Shown here one piece after another: positions 14,526 through 25,818 of a DNA stretch of 64,000 nt. The stretch lies in NCBI RefSeq assembly GCF_009914755.1, contig NC_060935.1; one strand, written 5' to 3'. The stretch's first letter is position 1. Every line of letters starts with the position of its first letter. This DNA is from the human T2T-CHM13v2.0 reference genome, Homo sapiens. The translations under genes and the position numbers were made by a program. Below the pieces are notes generated by a model. The model saw nothing but the letters and a program-made list of their open reading frames with translations. It was not told where the DNA came from and searched no databases.

Positions 14526-14820
14526 TCCTGTAATCATGCTTATAATCCCAGCACTTTGGAAGGCTGAGGTGGGCAGATTGCTTGAGCTCCGGAGTCTGAG
14601 ACCATCCTGTGTAACATGTGAAACCCCATCTCTACCAAAAATACAAAAAATTAGCGAGGTATGGTGGTGTGTACCTGTGGTTCCAGCTACTCAGGATGTT
14701 GAGGTGGGAGGACCGCTTGAGCCTGGGAAGTGCAAGTTGCAGTGAGCCGAGATTTTGCCACTACACTCCCATTTGGGTGACAGAGTGAGACCCTTTCTCA
14801 AAAACAAACTAATTAAAAAA
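14526..14820 (+). mobile_element. AluJ-like
   Basis: Diverged sense Alu dimer with A-rich tail. Confidence 0.88.
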
Positions 14821-14822
14821 CC

Positions 14823-14930
14823 CTCCATTTTACAGATGAAGAAACTGAGTCATACAATTACTAAGAGAAACTGAGTCACTAATCACTCAGGTGGTCTGGC
14901 TCCAGCATCTGTACTCTTAATCTCTGCTCT
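14823..14930 (-). mobile_element. MIR fragment
   Basis: MIR core CCATTTTACAGATGAAGAAACTGAG. Confidence 0.65.
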
Positions 14931-15548
14931 ATACTGCCCAAGACTTTTATAAAGTCAAGGGTTGAGTCACTGAAATGAGTTATTGGGATGGCTGTGTGGG
15001 AAGGGTGCTAAGTTCTTTCCTAAAGGTATGTGAGAATACAAAGGAAAGAAGCATCCTCCTTTTTACACACGTGAACTAGTGCATGCAAATCTGACACTCA
15101 GTGGGCCTGGGTGAAGGTGAGAATTTTATTGCTGAATGAGAGCCTCTGGGGACATCTTGCCAGTCAATGAGTCTCAGGTTCAATTTCCTTCTCAGTCTTG
15201 GAGTAACAGAAGCTCATGCATTTAATAAACGGAAATTTTGTATTGAAATGAGAGCCATTGGAAATCATTTACTCCAGACTCCTACTTATAAAAAGAGAAA
15301 CTGAGGCTCAGAGAAGGGTGGGGACTTTCTCAGTATGACATGGAAATGATCAGGCTTGGATTCAAAGCTCCTGACTTTCTGTCTAGTGTATGTGCAGTGA
15401 GCCCCTTTTCCTCTAACTGAAAGAAGGAAAAAAAAATGGAACCCAAAATATTCTACATAGTTTCCATGTCACAGCCAGGGCTGGGCAGTCTCCTGTTATT
15501 TCTTTTAAAATAAATATATCATTTAAATGCATAAATAAGCAAACCCTG

Positions 15549-15837
15549 CTCGGGAATGGGAGGGAGAGTCTCTGGAGTCCACCCCTTCTCGGCCCTGGCT
15601 CTGCAGATAGTGCTATCAAAGCCCTGACAGAGCCCTGCCCATTGCTGGGCCTTGGAGTGAGTCAGCCTAGTAGAGAGGCAGGGCAAGCCATCTCATAGCT
15701 GCTGAGTGGGAGAGAGAAAAGGGCTCATTGTCTATAAACTCAGGTCATGGCTATTCTTATTCTCACACTAAGAAAAAGAATGAGATGTCTACATATACCC
15801 TGCGTCCCCTCTTGTGTACTGGGGTCCCCAAGAGCTC
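15549..15837. promoter_or_regulatory. beta-globin LCR 5'HS4 core
   Basis: Inverted GATA pair AGATAG-TG-CTATCA 15605-15618, MARE TGAGTCAGC 15658-15666, CACCC ~15580. AvaI (15549) to SstI (15832) is ~280 bp, the classic core. Confidence 0.95.
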
Positions 15838-16354
15838 TCTAAAAGTGATGGCAAAGTCATTGCGCTAGATGCCATCCCATCTATTATAAACCTGCATTTG
15901 TCTCCACACACCAGTCATGGACAATAACCCTCCTCCCAGGTCCACGTGCTTGTCTTTGTATAATACTCAAGTAATTTCGGAAAATGTATTCTTTCAATCT
16001 TGTTCTGTTATTCCTGTTTCAATGGCTTAGTAGAAAAAGTACATACTTGTTTTCCCATAAATTGACAATAGACAATTTCACATCAATGTCTATATGGGTC
16101 GTTGTGTTTGCTGTGTTTGCAAAAACTCACAATAACTTTATATTGTTACTACTCTAAGAAAGTTACAACATGGTGAATACAAGAGAAAGCTATTACAAGT
16201 CCAGAAAATAAAAGTTATCATCTTGAGGCCTCAGCTTTCTAGGAATAATATCAATATTACAAAATTAATCTAACAATTACGAACAGCAATGAGATAATGT
16301 GTACAAAGTACCCAGACCTATGTGGTAGAGCATCAAGGAAGCGCATTGCGGAGC

Positions 16355-16670
16355 AGTTTTTTGTTTGTTTGTTTTTGTATTCTGTTTCGTGAGGCAAGGT
16401 TTCACTCTGCTGTCCAGGCTGGAGTGCAGTGGCAAGATCATGTCTCACTGCAGCCTTGACCTCCTGAGCTCAAGGGATCCTCCCATTTCGGCCTCCTGAG
16501 TAGCTGGGACTACAGGTGTACATCACATGCCTGGCTAATTTTTTTTTTTTTAAGTAGAGACGAGGTCTTGCTATGTTGTCCAGGATAATATCAAACTCTT
16601 GAGCTCAAGCAGTCCTCCCACTTCTACCTCTCCAGTGCTGGAATTACAGACATGAGCCACCACTCCTGGC
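16355..16670 (-). mobile_element. AluJ-like
   Basis: Diverged antisense Alu dimer. Confidence 0.88.
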
Positions 16671-18599
16671 TTGCAGACTATTTAAATGACTAATTCCTGA
16701 CACTACTTGAGGGATACTAGACAGTAGACAACACATCTTTAATATACCAAATGGGTGACTGTAGGGTTGAGAGGGAGATTAGAATTCAATGTTTTATGAC
16801 CAAAAAGGCTTAAATCAGGCACAAGCTTAGGTCTTTTCAACTGTGAGGACCGGACTGAAAGTGTGCAGTTCAAGGCCCTGTAGTTGCTGTTTAACTGTTC
16901 CCAGGTGGAAGTCTCTTCAAAGAACCACTGGTGCAAAAAGGGAACTACCTGGGGATAAATATTTCCTCCAGAAAGGGGGAAAGTGCAAGCTCCCCTACCA
17001 AAAGCACCAGGCAAGTCCTTGTCTATTTTCCCTGAAGTTCTCAAAGAAATGAGACCCTTGTTTACCTTTAAGATTAGAGAAGGCTTGAAAAGTTTGAGCT
17101 GTGCCTTTGGAGGCCAACAAACTTTTCTCCTTTGTTGACCAAGTTCAGCTCTCCTGTATACTTCCAAGGTCTGTTGCATCAAGAGTGAGTATTGAAGGTC
17201 TTAGAAGCTGGGATCTCAGATGTAGGGAAAAGAGGAGATTTCCTGTTCACTCACTGTTAAGATATGGCTGAAATTTTTTGATCTAGTCATCTACAAAGCA
17301 TGAGTTGTGGGTCAGAAATTGTTTTTCACATCTTTTGACTTCCTTTGACATCAGAATATAACCTAGGAATTGATTACTTAAGTGAAGGCAAGGTACTTTG
17401 GTCTGGACAGGAACATTTTGAACAAGGTAGGGAGACAGCTATGAAGGCAAGCATTTATTCTATCTATCATCTATCTGTCTATCTATCTATTCTTTCATCC
17501 ACTTATTTATACATTTAAACAAAAAGTATAGAGCGTAGTATAATTTGTAAGTGCTCAGGGCTGTGTGTGTATGGATTGTTTGAAATGAAACTAAAGTGGG
17601 AGTATAATTCTACTGCCCCCTTAACCCTGTGGTCCCTACACTACCCTGCAAGACTCTTAGCTGCTTAGCTTAATTGTGAGGCTGATTTGGGGCATAGCAC
17701 CCCATCCTCTCTGTCTTTCAACATCCTCATAATAACTTGAGAATAATTTTATAAAATATCACAATAGGGTCATGTTCAGTAGGGTGATATATAAAATTAG
17801 ACAAGCCATAGTTTGAGTTTACCCTTTTGAATAAATATATGACAAAAGGCAATTTAATTATCTTTATGAGTTTGGAGGTATCCAGTATGAAATTTAGATA
17901 ATACCTGCCTTCTAGTGTTGAAATTAGAACTTAATGATATAATGCATCAATGAACTTATTATAGTTCCTAGCACAAAGTAAGAATCCTTTCAATGTGTGT
18001 GTGTGTGTATGTATTTATCTGTTATTAATAGGAATCTTATGGGCATTATCTCACTTAATCCTTATTAATAACTATGAAGCAGGTATTTATTTGAGTTTTC
18101 CAAGTGAGTTAAGTATAGCTTGTAATACTTAAGGAAATATCCACAGGTTACATAGCTAGTATATAACTGAGAAATAATTTTATTTATATTATAAAACATT
18201 CTAACAATACAGATGTATATAAACTAAAAAACTGAAAGGGCTCATGCAACCCTACCTTCTCAATATCACTTCTTCACTTAGAAAAAACCAGCCTTAGCTG
18301 TCTGCTATGAATCCTTTCAAAATATACTTCTGAGAAATGAGAGAGAGAAATGGGGAGGGTAGAAGGAAGGAAGATAGGGTAAGAGACAGGGAAGGAGGTG
18401 TGGGGAAAGAAATTAAATTATTCTTTTCTCTGTCTCTTGAAAGAGCTCTTTCCATTACATTGAATCAAAGGTAATGTTGCCATTTCTGGACTCTTGAAAT
18501 AAAGAAAGACCGATGTATGAAATGATTTTGAAAGTCTATGGCATTTTCAAAATGCAAGGTGATGTCTTACTAACTAGCCTTTGCTTTATTATTAGAAAT

Positions 18600-18900
18600 G
18601 GGGAAGTGAGTATAGACATTTTATCAGGAGATATATTAGGAAAAAGGGAAACTGGAGAAACTGGGAGGAGTATCCAGATGTCCTGTCCCTGTAAGGTGGG
18701 GGCACCCACCTTCAATCAAAAGGGCTCCTTAACAACTTCCTTGCTTGGGGCTCCACCATCTTGGACCATTAGCTCCACAGGTATCTTCTTCCCTCTAGTG
18801 GTCATAACAGCAGCTTCAGCTACCTCTCTAAAGAGTCCTGCCAGATATAGGTCAGGAAATATAATCCACTAATAAAAAGAGAAACATTTTGACTGTAGTT
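18600..18900. promoter_or_regulatory. beta-globin LCR 5'HS5 (insulator/loop anchor)
   Basis: Contains the CTCF motif listed next and lies ~3.1 kb beyond HS4, as expected. Boundaries approximate. Confidence 0.88.
18788..18801 (-). promoter_or_regulatory. CTCF site of HS5
   Basis: Minus strand reads CCACTAGAGGGAAG, matching the CTCF core and pointing toward the globin genes. Confidence 0.88.
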
Positions 18901-19089
18901 GTTTGTTTTTTGTCATTGTGACTATCAATAACATTCTCACTCTTTCATCAGTAATCACTCAGGTTATTCTGTGACCAACAGACTGTGGGAAAAATCAGAG
19001 AAGGAGGCATCCTCATGCTTACTAGCCTAAACTGAAATTGCTATAGCAGAGTGAACCAGAAGGTTTACAGATATTTTCCACAAAGAGTA

Positions 19090-19735
19090 AAAGGATTGAA
19101 GCCTTCTCCAGATCAATGCATAGGAAATAATAATGGACCATAAAACCCATATTATGACGAACAACATTAGGATAAGTCCATATCAATTTTTAATCCAGTC
19201 ATAAGCACAGACTACGTGAAGCACGTCCAAGTGAAGGCAGGAGAAATGAGAGGAGCAAGAAAGAGGAGCCATTTGATCAAGAATAGCAGAAAAAGGAAAG
19301 GCAAGTCATATTAACAAATGATTGTCATGCCAACAGTACAGATAACTCTGCTAATAAAGGTAGAGGCATAATACAGGTAGTAGCAGATATCTACATAGTA
19401 GTTAAAGGACATGGCCATCAGTACAGAAGATTCCATAAAGGAGAACCTAAAGAGGAAGAATAATTTGTCAGAAGCTTAAAAGCTGAACTCTGAGGCATTA
19501 AACTACAATATCCTTTTGACTGTGGAAAGGGTGGTGAAAGGAAAGTTCAAGGACATTTGAGCCAACATAGAGAGGAACATTGGCTTGGTGAGGGATATCT
19601 GTCCTGATGTTGTCCAGGATGGTGATGATACCCATATAAATAACGTAGAGAAAACAGGAGGGGATAGAGATCTAGACAAAGAGGCATCAAAGATAGGGAT
19701 GTTTGTAAGGATGAAATAGAACGTTTTTTGCGTTA
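19090..19735 (-). pseudogene. OR51AB1P: Highly decayed class I olfactory receptor pseudogene
   Basis: Hand translation of the minus strand gives OR motifs across frames, with stops and frameshifts: FYFILTNIP, ISIPSCFLY, KPMFLSMLA, FSFMESSVLMAMSFNYYVDIC, SHFSCLHLDVLHVVCA, YGLIL...IIISYALI. Missed by the ORF track. Symbol assigned from position. Confidence 0.85.
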
Positions 19736-19789
19736 GTCACCGTGAGGATGACCGGTAAAGGCAATGCAGAGGCTAATGCCTTTGTTATT

Positions 19790-19960
19790 TTTTATTATTT
19801 CATTTTAAATTGACAAATAATAATTGTGTGTATTCATGGGGTACAACATGATGCTTTGGTGTACGTGTACAATATTAAATGGTTAAATAAGGCTAATTAA
19901 CAAATCCACCACTTCACATACTTATTTTTTGTGGTGAAAACATTTAAAATTTACACTCTT
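19790..19960 (-). mobile_element. Old L1M 3'-end fragment
   Basis: TTGACAAATAATAATTGTGTGTATTCATGGGGTACAAC...TTTTTGTGGTGAAAACATTTAAAAT resembles an L1MA 3' end. Confidence 0.7.
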
Positions 19961-20612
19961 CATTCAAAAATCTGGAACATAGTTAAAATGTCATATGTGT
20001 CAGGATGCAGTAATAGATTTAGAAAACATTGAATGATTCCTTGCAAATCATGAATAATGATCAATCGAGGAAAACCTATGAAAATGAGAAAATTTTGGAG
20101 CCTGAACTAAAAATATCTTGATCACTTTTGGAGGTCAGGAATTCAGATTCATTTTTCTCGGCCTGTAAAGAACTTGAAATTGCATTATAGCAGAATGTAG
20201 GCCTTGAGTGGATTGATGTGGAAGCAAAACAAGCCACAAATAAAGACAAATGTGCAACATCAAAAACATGACTTGTGCCATTAATTTTAAGCAGTTTCAT
20301 ATGAAACGTGGGTTTCTTTATTGCTACGTCACAGTCAGATGTTCATGGTCCTGAGTGCTCTCCTCCAAGCAGTGGGCCAGGAGTCCAGGTGCCTTCCTGT
20401 GATTGACTTTATCATTTCAGAATCTTTTACTTTCTGCCACATAGAGGAAGGGAAAGAGAATGATAGAAGGGCACTCTGCCTTAGGGAGTAACACATTATT
20501 ATCTCCACATTATTTTAGTCACAACCAGTCACATGGCCAAGTTAATTGCAAGGGCTGTTGGAAATTGTTGAGAAGTATATTGATTTAGTGACTCATATTG
20601 TTTCTGACATAC

Positions 20613-22307
20613 TGTGTCCGGAATTGGTGGGTTCTTGGTTTCACTGACTTCAAGAATGAAGCCGGGGACCCTCGTGGTGAGTGTTACAGTTCTTAAAGGC
20701 TGCGTGTGTGGAGTTTGTTCGTTCTGATGTTTGGATGTGTTCGGAGTTTCTTCCTTCTGATGGGTTCGTGGTCTCGCTGGCTCAGGAGTGAAGCTGCAGA
20801 CCTTCACAGTGAACGTTCCAGCTCTTAAGGCGGCGCCTCTGGAGTTGTTCGTTCCTCCCGGTGGGTTCGTGGTCTCGCTGGCTTCAAGAGTGAAGCTGCA
20901 GACCTTCGCGGTGAGCGTTACAGCTCATAAAGGCAGTGTAGACCCAAACAGTGAGCAGCAGCAAGATTTATTGCAAAGAGCGAAAGAACAAAGCTTCCAC
21001 AGTGTGGAAGGGGACCCGAGCGGGTTGCCACTGCTGGCTTGGGCAGCCTGCTTTTATTCTCTTATCTGGCCCCACCCACATCCTGCTGATTGGTAGAGCC
21101 CAGTGGTCTGTTTTGACAGGGCACTGATTGGTGCATTTACAATCCATGAGCTAGACACAAAGGTTCTCCACGTCCCCACCAGATTAGCTAGATACAGAGT
21201 GTCCACACAAAGGTTCTCCAAGTCCCCACCAGAGTAGCTAGATACAGAGTGTTGATTGGTGCATTCACAAACCCTGAGCTAGACACAGGGTGCTGATTGG
21301 TGTGTTTACAAACCTTGAGCTAGATACAGACTGCCGATTGGTGTATTTACAATCCCTGAGCTAGACATAAAGGTTCTCCACGTCCCCACCAGAGTAGCTA
21401 GATACAGAGTGTTGATTGGTGCATTCACAAACCCTGAGCTAGACACAGGGTGCTGATTGGTGTGTTTACAAACCTTGAGCTAGATACAGACTGCCGATTG
21501 GTGTATTTACAATCCCTGAGCTAGACATAAAGGTTCTCCAAGGCCCCACCAGAGTAGCTAGATAGAGTGTTGATTGGTGCATTCACAAACCCTGAGCTAG
21601 ACACAGGGTGCTGATTGGTGTGTTTACAAACCTTGAGCTAGATACAGAGTGCCAATTGGTGTATTTACAATCCCTTATCTAGACATAAGGGTTCTTCGCA
21701 TCCCCAGCAAACTCAGGAGCCTAGCCGGCTTCACCCAGTGGATCCCGCACCTGGGCTGCAGGGGGAGCTGCCTGCCAGTCCCCTGCCGTGCGCCCGCACT
21801 CTTCAGCCCTTGGGTGGTCGATGGGACTGGGTGCCCTGGAGCAGGGGGCGGCGCTCGTCGGCGAGGCTCGGGCCGCACAGGAGCCCATGAAGGTGGGGAG
21901 GCTCAGGCATGGCGGGCTGCAGGTCCCGAGCCCTGCCCCGCGGGAAGGCAGCTAAGGCCCGGCGAGGAATTGAGCACAGCAGCTGCTGGCCCAGGTGCTA
22001 AGCCCCTCACTGCCCGCGGCCGGTGGGGCCGGCTGGCGGCTCCGAGTGCGGGGTCCTCGGAGCCCATGCCCACCCGGAACTCCCTCAAGCACGGCGCACA
22101 GCCCGGTTCCTGCCCGCGTCTGTCCCTCCACACCTCCTGGCAAGCTGAGGGAGCCGGCTCTGGCCTTGGCCAGCCCAGAAAAGGGCTCCCACAGTGCAGC
22201 GGCCGGCTGAAGGGCTCCTCAAGTGCCACCAATGTGGGAGCCCAGGCAGAGGAGGCGCCAAGAGCGAGCGAGGGCTGTGAGGACTGCCAGCACGCTGTCA
22301 CCTCTCA
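20613..22307 (-). mobile_element. Solitary ERV-9 LTR (LTR12 family), enhancer/promoter directed toward the LCR
   Basis: TG...CA termini (minus strand starts TGAGAGGTGACAGCGTGCTGGC) with 4-bp TSD ATAC at 20609-20612 and 22308-22311. GC-rich U3, tandem CCAAT/GATA repeats, AATAAAA TATA-like box (21052-21058), AATAAA (20967-20972), repeated U5 units. Confidence 0.97.
21120..21690 (-). repeat. ERV-9 U3 enhancer tandem repeats (~40-bp subunits, 160-bp higher-order unit)
   Basis: About 14 (G/T)AGCTAGA-anchored subunits carrying ATTGG (CCAAT on minus), AGATA and CCCCACC motifs. Confidence 0.93.
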
Positions 22308-25300
22308 ATACTAATCACTAGTAATTAGCATTATCCCACACCCTGTGCTTCCAAAAATAACAGGAATATTATTGTAAAATCAAAGGCATACTGAACCATA
22401 TGTTTTATTATGTTTAAGCAGTAAAAATAAGACCTGGAGTGCAAAAAGACTACCAAATGCTGTAATACTTCATGGAATCTAAGCTTTCTCACCCCAAATT
22501 ATGTCTTATTTCAGAGCAAATAACTTAGGCTTTAAAAAATGTTTCCTCATGAATTATTATTGTATAATGATTCAGAGCATGTATTCTAGAGCCAAATATC
22601 ATGAGTTGAATTATGCCCTCTGTCAGTTAGTAGCCACTTCATCTTGGAATATTACTTTAGGGCCCTGTGCCTCAGTTTCCTCCTCTTAAAGGGTATTACA
22701 ATAGTACTTGAGGCACAGAGTTACTGTGAATACTAAATGAAATAATATATCAACAGTGTCTTGTGTATAGTATAAGCCATAATCATTGTATTGTTATTAC
22801 TATTACTACTATTATTACTATTACTTTTATACTATCCTAGTGTGTAGATTGAGCATGTAGGGGCTTAGAGCAAAGACATGAAGGTCACATATGGGTAGAC
22901 ATGGGAATAAATAGATGAGATGACATTGTCAAGGATTACACGAGTCTTTCTCTGCAAAGCGAGGGAAGGTTAGTCTCTTTCAGAGAACATCATGGCAGAA
23001 ACATTTTTTCAAGAGAATCCATGCATTTTACGTCCATGTAGTTGCAAACAATGCCAAGTAGAACTCCAATCCAGAGCTAAGTGGGGCTGTGGGAACTATG
23101 TACCAATTGATGGACATGCTGCTTTTTGACTCAGAGGTGGATAAGAGACAAAACTCTTTTCTTCTTAGATGTACTAAAAAGTAGTTAGTCTGGAAGTATT
23201 TAGAAGGCTTTGGAGAGGAATGTGATTTTATCAGGTAAATCAAAAATAGAGGCTATTTCTGAAAGAAGCAACTAGAACCAAGTTACACACAGAAAATACC
23301 CATAATGTACATATATTTTTGACTAGAGTAGCATGTGCAAATTTGTATAAAATATTTGCAGGTAAGTTAGGTAATGCAACATTTGAGACTCTAAGTTTGT
23401 GGGAAACTTAGAACTGTTTCAGTTTTCTACATTATTCCTAACTATTTAAAATGCTATGAAATGATTTTGCAGATTTTTCTGAGATGTTTATAGTGATAAG
23501 TGAGAATATATGACATAGTCTGTTCCTTTGTTGTATAACTCTGTTTAAAATATCTTTTATATAATGATAAAAAATCTATCTCTTTGTAACTTACCACAGC
23601 AGATTTGTATTATTTTATGTGAAGAAACTCAGAATATGGAGTATTATTTTTTCTCAAATTATCACTTTTATAAGGAGCTGCTATCTATCCATCTTATTTT
23701 CTTTATGTAAACCAGTGTTTTATCTCTTCTCATTTTCTATCAAGGATTAATAGATTTTTGTCATCTTTATTGTCTTTTTTTCTCCAACTTTTTGTATCTA
23801 CAGGTTCCTACCTTCATTTATATTTTAAAGTAGGTGAGCAAATGCATTTTAACACTCCAAGATAGATTTAGATTAAAACATCTAACCAGGATAAACATTG
23901 CTGTCTAAATGTATTTGTTGTTTTAATCTCTTCCGTTATTGTAACATGATGAGGAGACATGGAAAGAAAACTTCTGCTAATTTCTCCTTTAAAGTCACTT
24001 CACATTAGTTATCTCTTACATATGAGTCCCTGGCAGTGTCAGTTGACCATTCCTTTTCATGACCCTAAAGACTTCTGATAAATATACTGCATTTTTCTAT
24101 AGCTCATTTCAACCTACACAAATTATGGGTTTGCATGCCTTTATCCCTAATTAGGCTACACAGCTGTTTAAATTAGGAATTACAGATTTCGCCAGATAAT
24201 TGTATATCTGATACAGATTAGGCATTTAATAAATTTTGGTGAATAGGTAAACACTAAATTGTTCCTCAAACATTTGTCAGATGTTCACTATGATACCTAC
24301 TTATTGAGAATCAAGTAAATAGAGATATTCAGACACATTACAGAGAAGTATATACTTACAAACTCAAAGTATTTGACACCCCTAGGCACATGAAACACTT
24401 TTGAATATACAGCACACTTTTACATACACATTATTCATAAACATTGCCAATGCATGCAGAAAGAAGCTTAATGTGGATTTTACATATACTTTCATGAACA
24501 TAGACTTGCCAACATCCTTTCCCTTTCTGTTAGAGTCACCTGCCTTCATCCATCCCTTGGATATGATACCTTGAGTTATCCCCACACCCAAATCTTCAAC
24601 AGACAGAAATGTAAAGTCCCGTTTAATGTGTGATAGATGAACTAAATATTCTATCTCAGTATTCATCTGACAGCATAGGAAGGAGAGAAATCCCTCTGTC
24701 TCATTTATACCACATATTGTGTTTCTATGGCCGAATCAGCTTAGGTTCTACATTGTGTGGTTTTGGATAAATTACTTAACCTACCTAAGTAAGGCACCTA
24801 CGTGTCAGTCTCTTCATGTGTAGTCAGGAATTATAATGAAAAGTAACTCGAAGTATTTTTGTGATAATCAGTTAGATAAAAATGTGAACCTCTTAAGACA
24901 CTAGCAACTTGAATACATAATTGATTTTTTATTCTGTTACAATTATATACTGAACTCATGTGAGGATCCAGTTTCTATATCTAGGCTTTTCAAACTACCT
25001 TAGAGAAATACTTGTATATCTTCCTTGTAGGTATAGAGTAAAATACTAACTTCAGGTTTAGTACCAATGCTTATCCATATTATAATTTACATTGCAAGTT
25101 TTATTTTCTGTTCCTTATTGGTCAATACTTTTGGATCCAGCTGTTCAACTGTGGTAACACTTGATAATAATGCCAAGAGGCTGGGGTGAGCTATAAGAGG
25201 AGTCAAGGCTAATCAGTACAGCAAGAGGAATGAATAAGAAGCTAGATAAAGGGAACGGCGTGGGAGGGTGTTTCCTGAGGGAATATTCATGAGACAAACA

Positions 25301-25550
25301 GAGAATAAAGAAATGAAGGGAATGTAAATATGATATAGGCATGTTAATATACAAGTGATTTCTAGAAAGTGCATGAATAAGACAGCTAGAAAGATAGAAA
25401 GACCTGGCACTTAAAATGTGAATGTGAAACAGTTCTGGCTGAGAGAAATATCTCAGGAATGGCCATGTTCCAGGCTTCAGGGTAGGACCCATGCCAGGGA
25501 CCCCGCCCTTTTCTGCCTAAAATTTCTCTGCCTCCTGTCCCTATCATTAG

Positions 25551-25818
25551 GAGGCCAGGGTGGGAGGATTGCTTGAGGTTAGGAATTGGAGAGCAGCCTC
25601 GGCAACATAACATGATCCCATATTTACAAAAAATAAAAACATTAGCTAGGTGCAGTGGCATAAACCTGTAGTCCTAGGTACTCAAAAAGCTGAGGAAGAA
25701 GGATTGCTTGAGCCCAGGATTTCAAGGCTGCAGTGAGCTGTGATGGCACCACTGCACTCCAGCCTGGGCAACAGAGCAAGATCATGTCTATAAAAATAAA
25801 TAAATAAATAAATAAATA
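25551..25818 (+). mobile_element. AluJ-like, 5'-truncated, (TAAA)n tail
   Basis: Sense Alu consensus with TAAA-repeat tail. Confidence 0.88.

Noticed and set aside
16739-18872. 147-aa and 119-aa ORFs within the LCR
   Set aside because: No homology or motif recognised; lengths are compatible with chance in 64 kb.
21120-21690. CRISPR-like array of ~40-bp repeats
   Set aside because: These are contiguous tandem repeats without unique spacers, inside a TSD-flanked ERV-9 LTR in human DNA.
21649-22314. 221-aa ORF and overlapping ORFs (also 20529-21096)
   Set aside because: GC-rich LTR12 sequence poor in stop codons; no protein-family motifs.
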